From the NCBI GenBank assembly GCA_965649115.1, contig CBFGJN010000039.1:1-18295 (forward strand): a stretch of DNA of 18,295 nucleotides, given 5' to 3'. The first letter of the stretch is position 1. Every line of letters begins with the position of its first letter. The DNA is from a candidate division WOR-3 bacterium. Lineage in GTDB: Bacteria > Hydrothermota > Hydrothermia > LBFQ01 > DSFT01. Positions 16,779 through 18,295 of this stretch are shown piece by piece. The notes under the pieces are model-generated. The model worked only from the letters and a program-made list of their open reading frames with translations, made no database searches and was not told where the DNA came from. The position numbers and the translations under genes are program-made.

Positions 16779-18295
16779 ATTAACATTATCAAAACTGAAA
16801 TGAAGTAATTTCCTGCTACAAATCTCCAATCACTTGATATTGTTATAAAAATAAAGATAATTGTATTTAAAATTGTAGGAATTAGAATTAAACGATAATT
16901 TTTCAGTTTAAAAAATAAAAATATCACTAAATAAAAGTAAAATGATGCTGTTGTTAAAATTTTAAAATAATTAAAAATTAAATCTGTAATTTTTTCAATA
17001 ATTTTTTGAATTTGTGGAAGTTTAGGATTTTTATAAAGACCAATAGAATAAATTTTGGCATCAAAATGGATATATCTTTCATATTTATATTCATTAAAAA
17101 AACAAGGAACTGATAAGTTCCAAATCCAAGCTGATGAAAATATCTCGTGCTCTAAAAATGTTCCAAAATCAGAAAATACAAGCTTTAAAGCTAATTTTCT
17201 TAATTGCTTCCTATATTCTCTAAAATTTTCAAAGTTAATAAAATCACCTTCTTTTCCCCAAAATAAAGAACTTACACTTCTTGAATATCTTTCTTTAATA
17301 CTATTAAAACTTAACATTTTTTCAATTAAATTTTTCTCTTCTTGACTAAATGGATAATTATTAACAACATAAGCGGAGACAATATAAAAGTCCTTTTGAT
17401 AGCGAAAAGCGGTTTTATTAACTTTTAGAATTTCATAAAAGAAAAAATATGAACCTAAATAAATCAATATCAAAGAAAGGAAAATAATTCCAATTTTTTC
17501 AATTTTATCTTTAAACAATATAATCATAAAAACTAAAAGCAATGGAACAAGAATAATTCCATTATATCTAAAAAGCATTATAAAAGAAAGTGATATAATA
17601 AAAGCTAATAAATTAAATTTATTTTCTTTATATGAAAAATAAACTAAAAATGAAAACCAAATCAAAGAAAGTGTCCAAGGTGTATCTTTCCAAGCAGTTA
17701 TTAAGAAAAGTGAAGTTAGTGGAAATGAAAAGAATAAAACTATAAATATCTCCTTAATTTTAAATTTACTTGTAATCCAAGCAAACAAAATTGAACTTAT
17801 AATAATTTGAATGAAAACATAAAATCCAATGTGCTTAAAAATTTTTAAAACTATTAAAAATGTTAAGGTATGAAAAACTGCTTGCCAATCCTCTATGTTA
17901 TAATAAAAAATTCTTAAAATTTGCCATAATTGATTTACACTATCACTATAGTAAATTCCTGGGAAATAAGCAAGAAAATAAATAAAAAGAATTGTAAAAA
18001 TTATTGAAAAATGCCTCAAAAATAAATTTTTTGAAAATGTTAAAATAGCTGAAAAAATAAAACTATAAAAAATAACTACTAAAACATTCAAAAAAATTAA
18101 AAAGTAATTTAATTTCAAAGACTTTTTAACATTATTGTCTAATATAACTTCTTTACTTTCAGGTGATATTGAAAAACTCAAAAGCTCATTAACATAAATA
18201 GTATCCCATTTAACATAAGGGCTATCGCTTGATAAATTGAAAATTTTTTCAACATTATCAATTTTTACTTTTACTATTCCATATGTGGGATGATA
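16718..18295 (-). CDS. Large polytopic membrane protein, probable GT-C-type glycosyltransferase/DUF6020-like; 5' end outside the window
   Basis: The frame stays open from 18181 to the window edge (YHPTYGIVKVKIDN...). Motifs FPGIYYSDS, DWQAVFHT, WKD, RYNG, DWRF; many TM helices. Confidence 0.7.
   Translation of the reverse strand, partial: YHPTYGIVKVKIDNVEKIFNLSSDSPYVKWDTIYVNELLSFSISPESKEVILDNNVKKSLKLNYFLIFLNVLVVIFYSFIFSAILTFSKNLFLRHFSIIFTILFIYFLAYFPGIYYSDSVNQLWQILRIFYYNIEDWQAVFHTLTFLIVLKIFKHIGFYVFIQIIISSILFAWITSKFKIKEIFIVLFFSFPLTSLFLITAWKDTPWTLSLIWFSFLVYFSYKENKFNLLAFIISLSFIMLFRYNGIILVPLLLVFMIILFKDKIEKIGIIFLSLILIYLGSYFFFYEILKVNKTAFRYQKDFYIVSAYVVNNYPFSQEEKNLIEKMLSFNSIKERYSRSVSSLFWGKEGDFINFENFREYRKQLRKLALKLVFSDFGTFLEHEIFSSAWIWNLSVPCFFNEYKYERYIHFDAKIYSIGLYKNPKLPQIQKIIEKITDLIFNYFKILTTASFYFYLVIFLFFKLKNYRLILIPTILNTIIFIFITISSDWRFVAGNYFISVLIMLIYLSKIKPKDIPSKSQIKSL

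Noticed and set aside
17055..17345. 96-aa plus-strand ORF
   Set aside because: Antisense shadow inside the large membrane-protein gene.

Overview
AT-rich, tightly packed bacterial chromosomal region. It holds mostly housekeeping genes in a shuffled order: HU/IHF-like, a 30-aa bS22/COX24-like ORF missed by the ORF track, wecB, wbaP-like, YdcF, nuoA, nuoB, two Uma2 nucleases, trmD, a polysaccharide deacetylase, uvrC, purQ, a DUF59/SufT protein, mazG, sucC, an MFS transporter, tmRNA, a peptidase-S74 protein, tRNA-Glu(CTC), rpmE, a SPOR lipoprotein, a YfiM-like protein and a large membrane protein running off the window. The main unexplained structure is a ~204-bp non-coding MITE-like family with 9 full, deleted or partial copies, filling all five large non-coding gaps. 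It has TGCT(T/G)TGTCCAA terminal inverted repeats, two perfect 9-bp target-site duplications, paired IHF-consensus sites and GNA-triloop hairpins. The same end always points at a gene and lies exactly 22 or 14 nt upstream of a CTTTAAAATTT (-10-like) motif, usually in front of an apparently leaderless gene. This suggests a promoter-targeted mobile or regulatory element that builds tandem arrays. Other highlights are a RiPP-leader-like peptide fused to an S74 self-cleaving chaperone domain between tmRNA and tRNA-Glu, and an rpmE start codon 1 nt after the tRNA discriminator base. All calls come from reading the sequence; no database searches were run.
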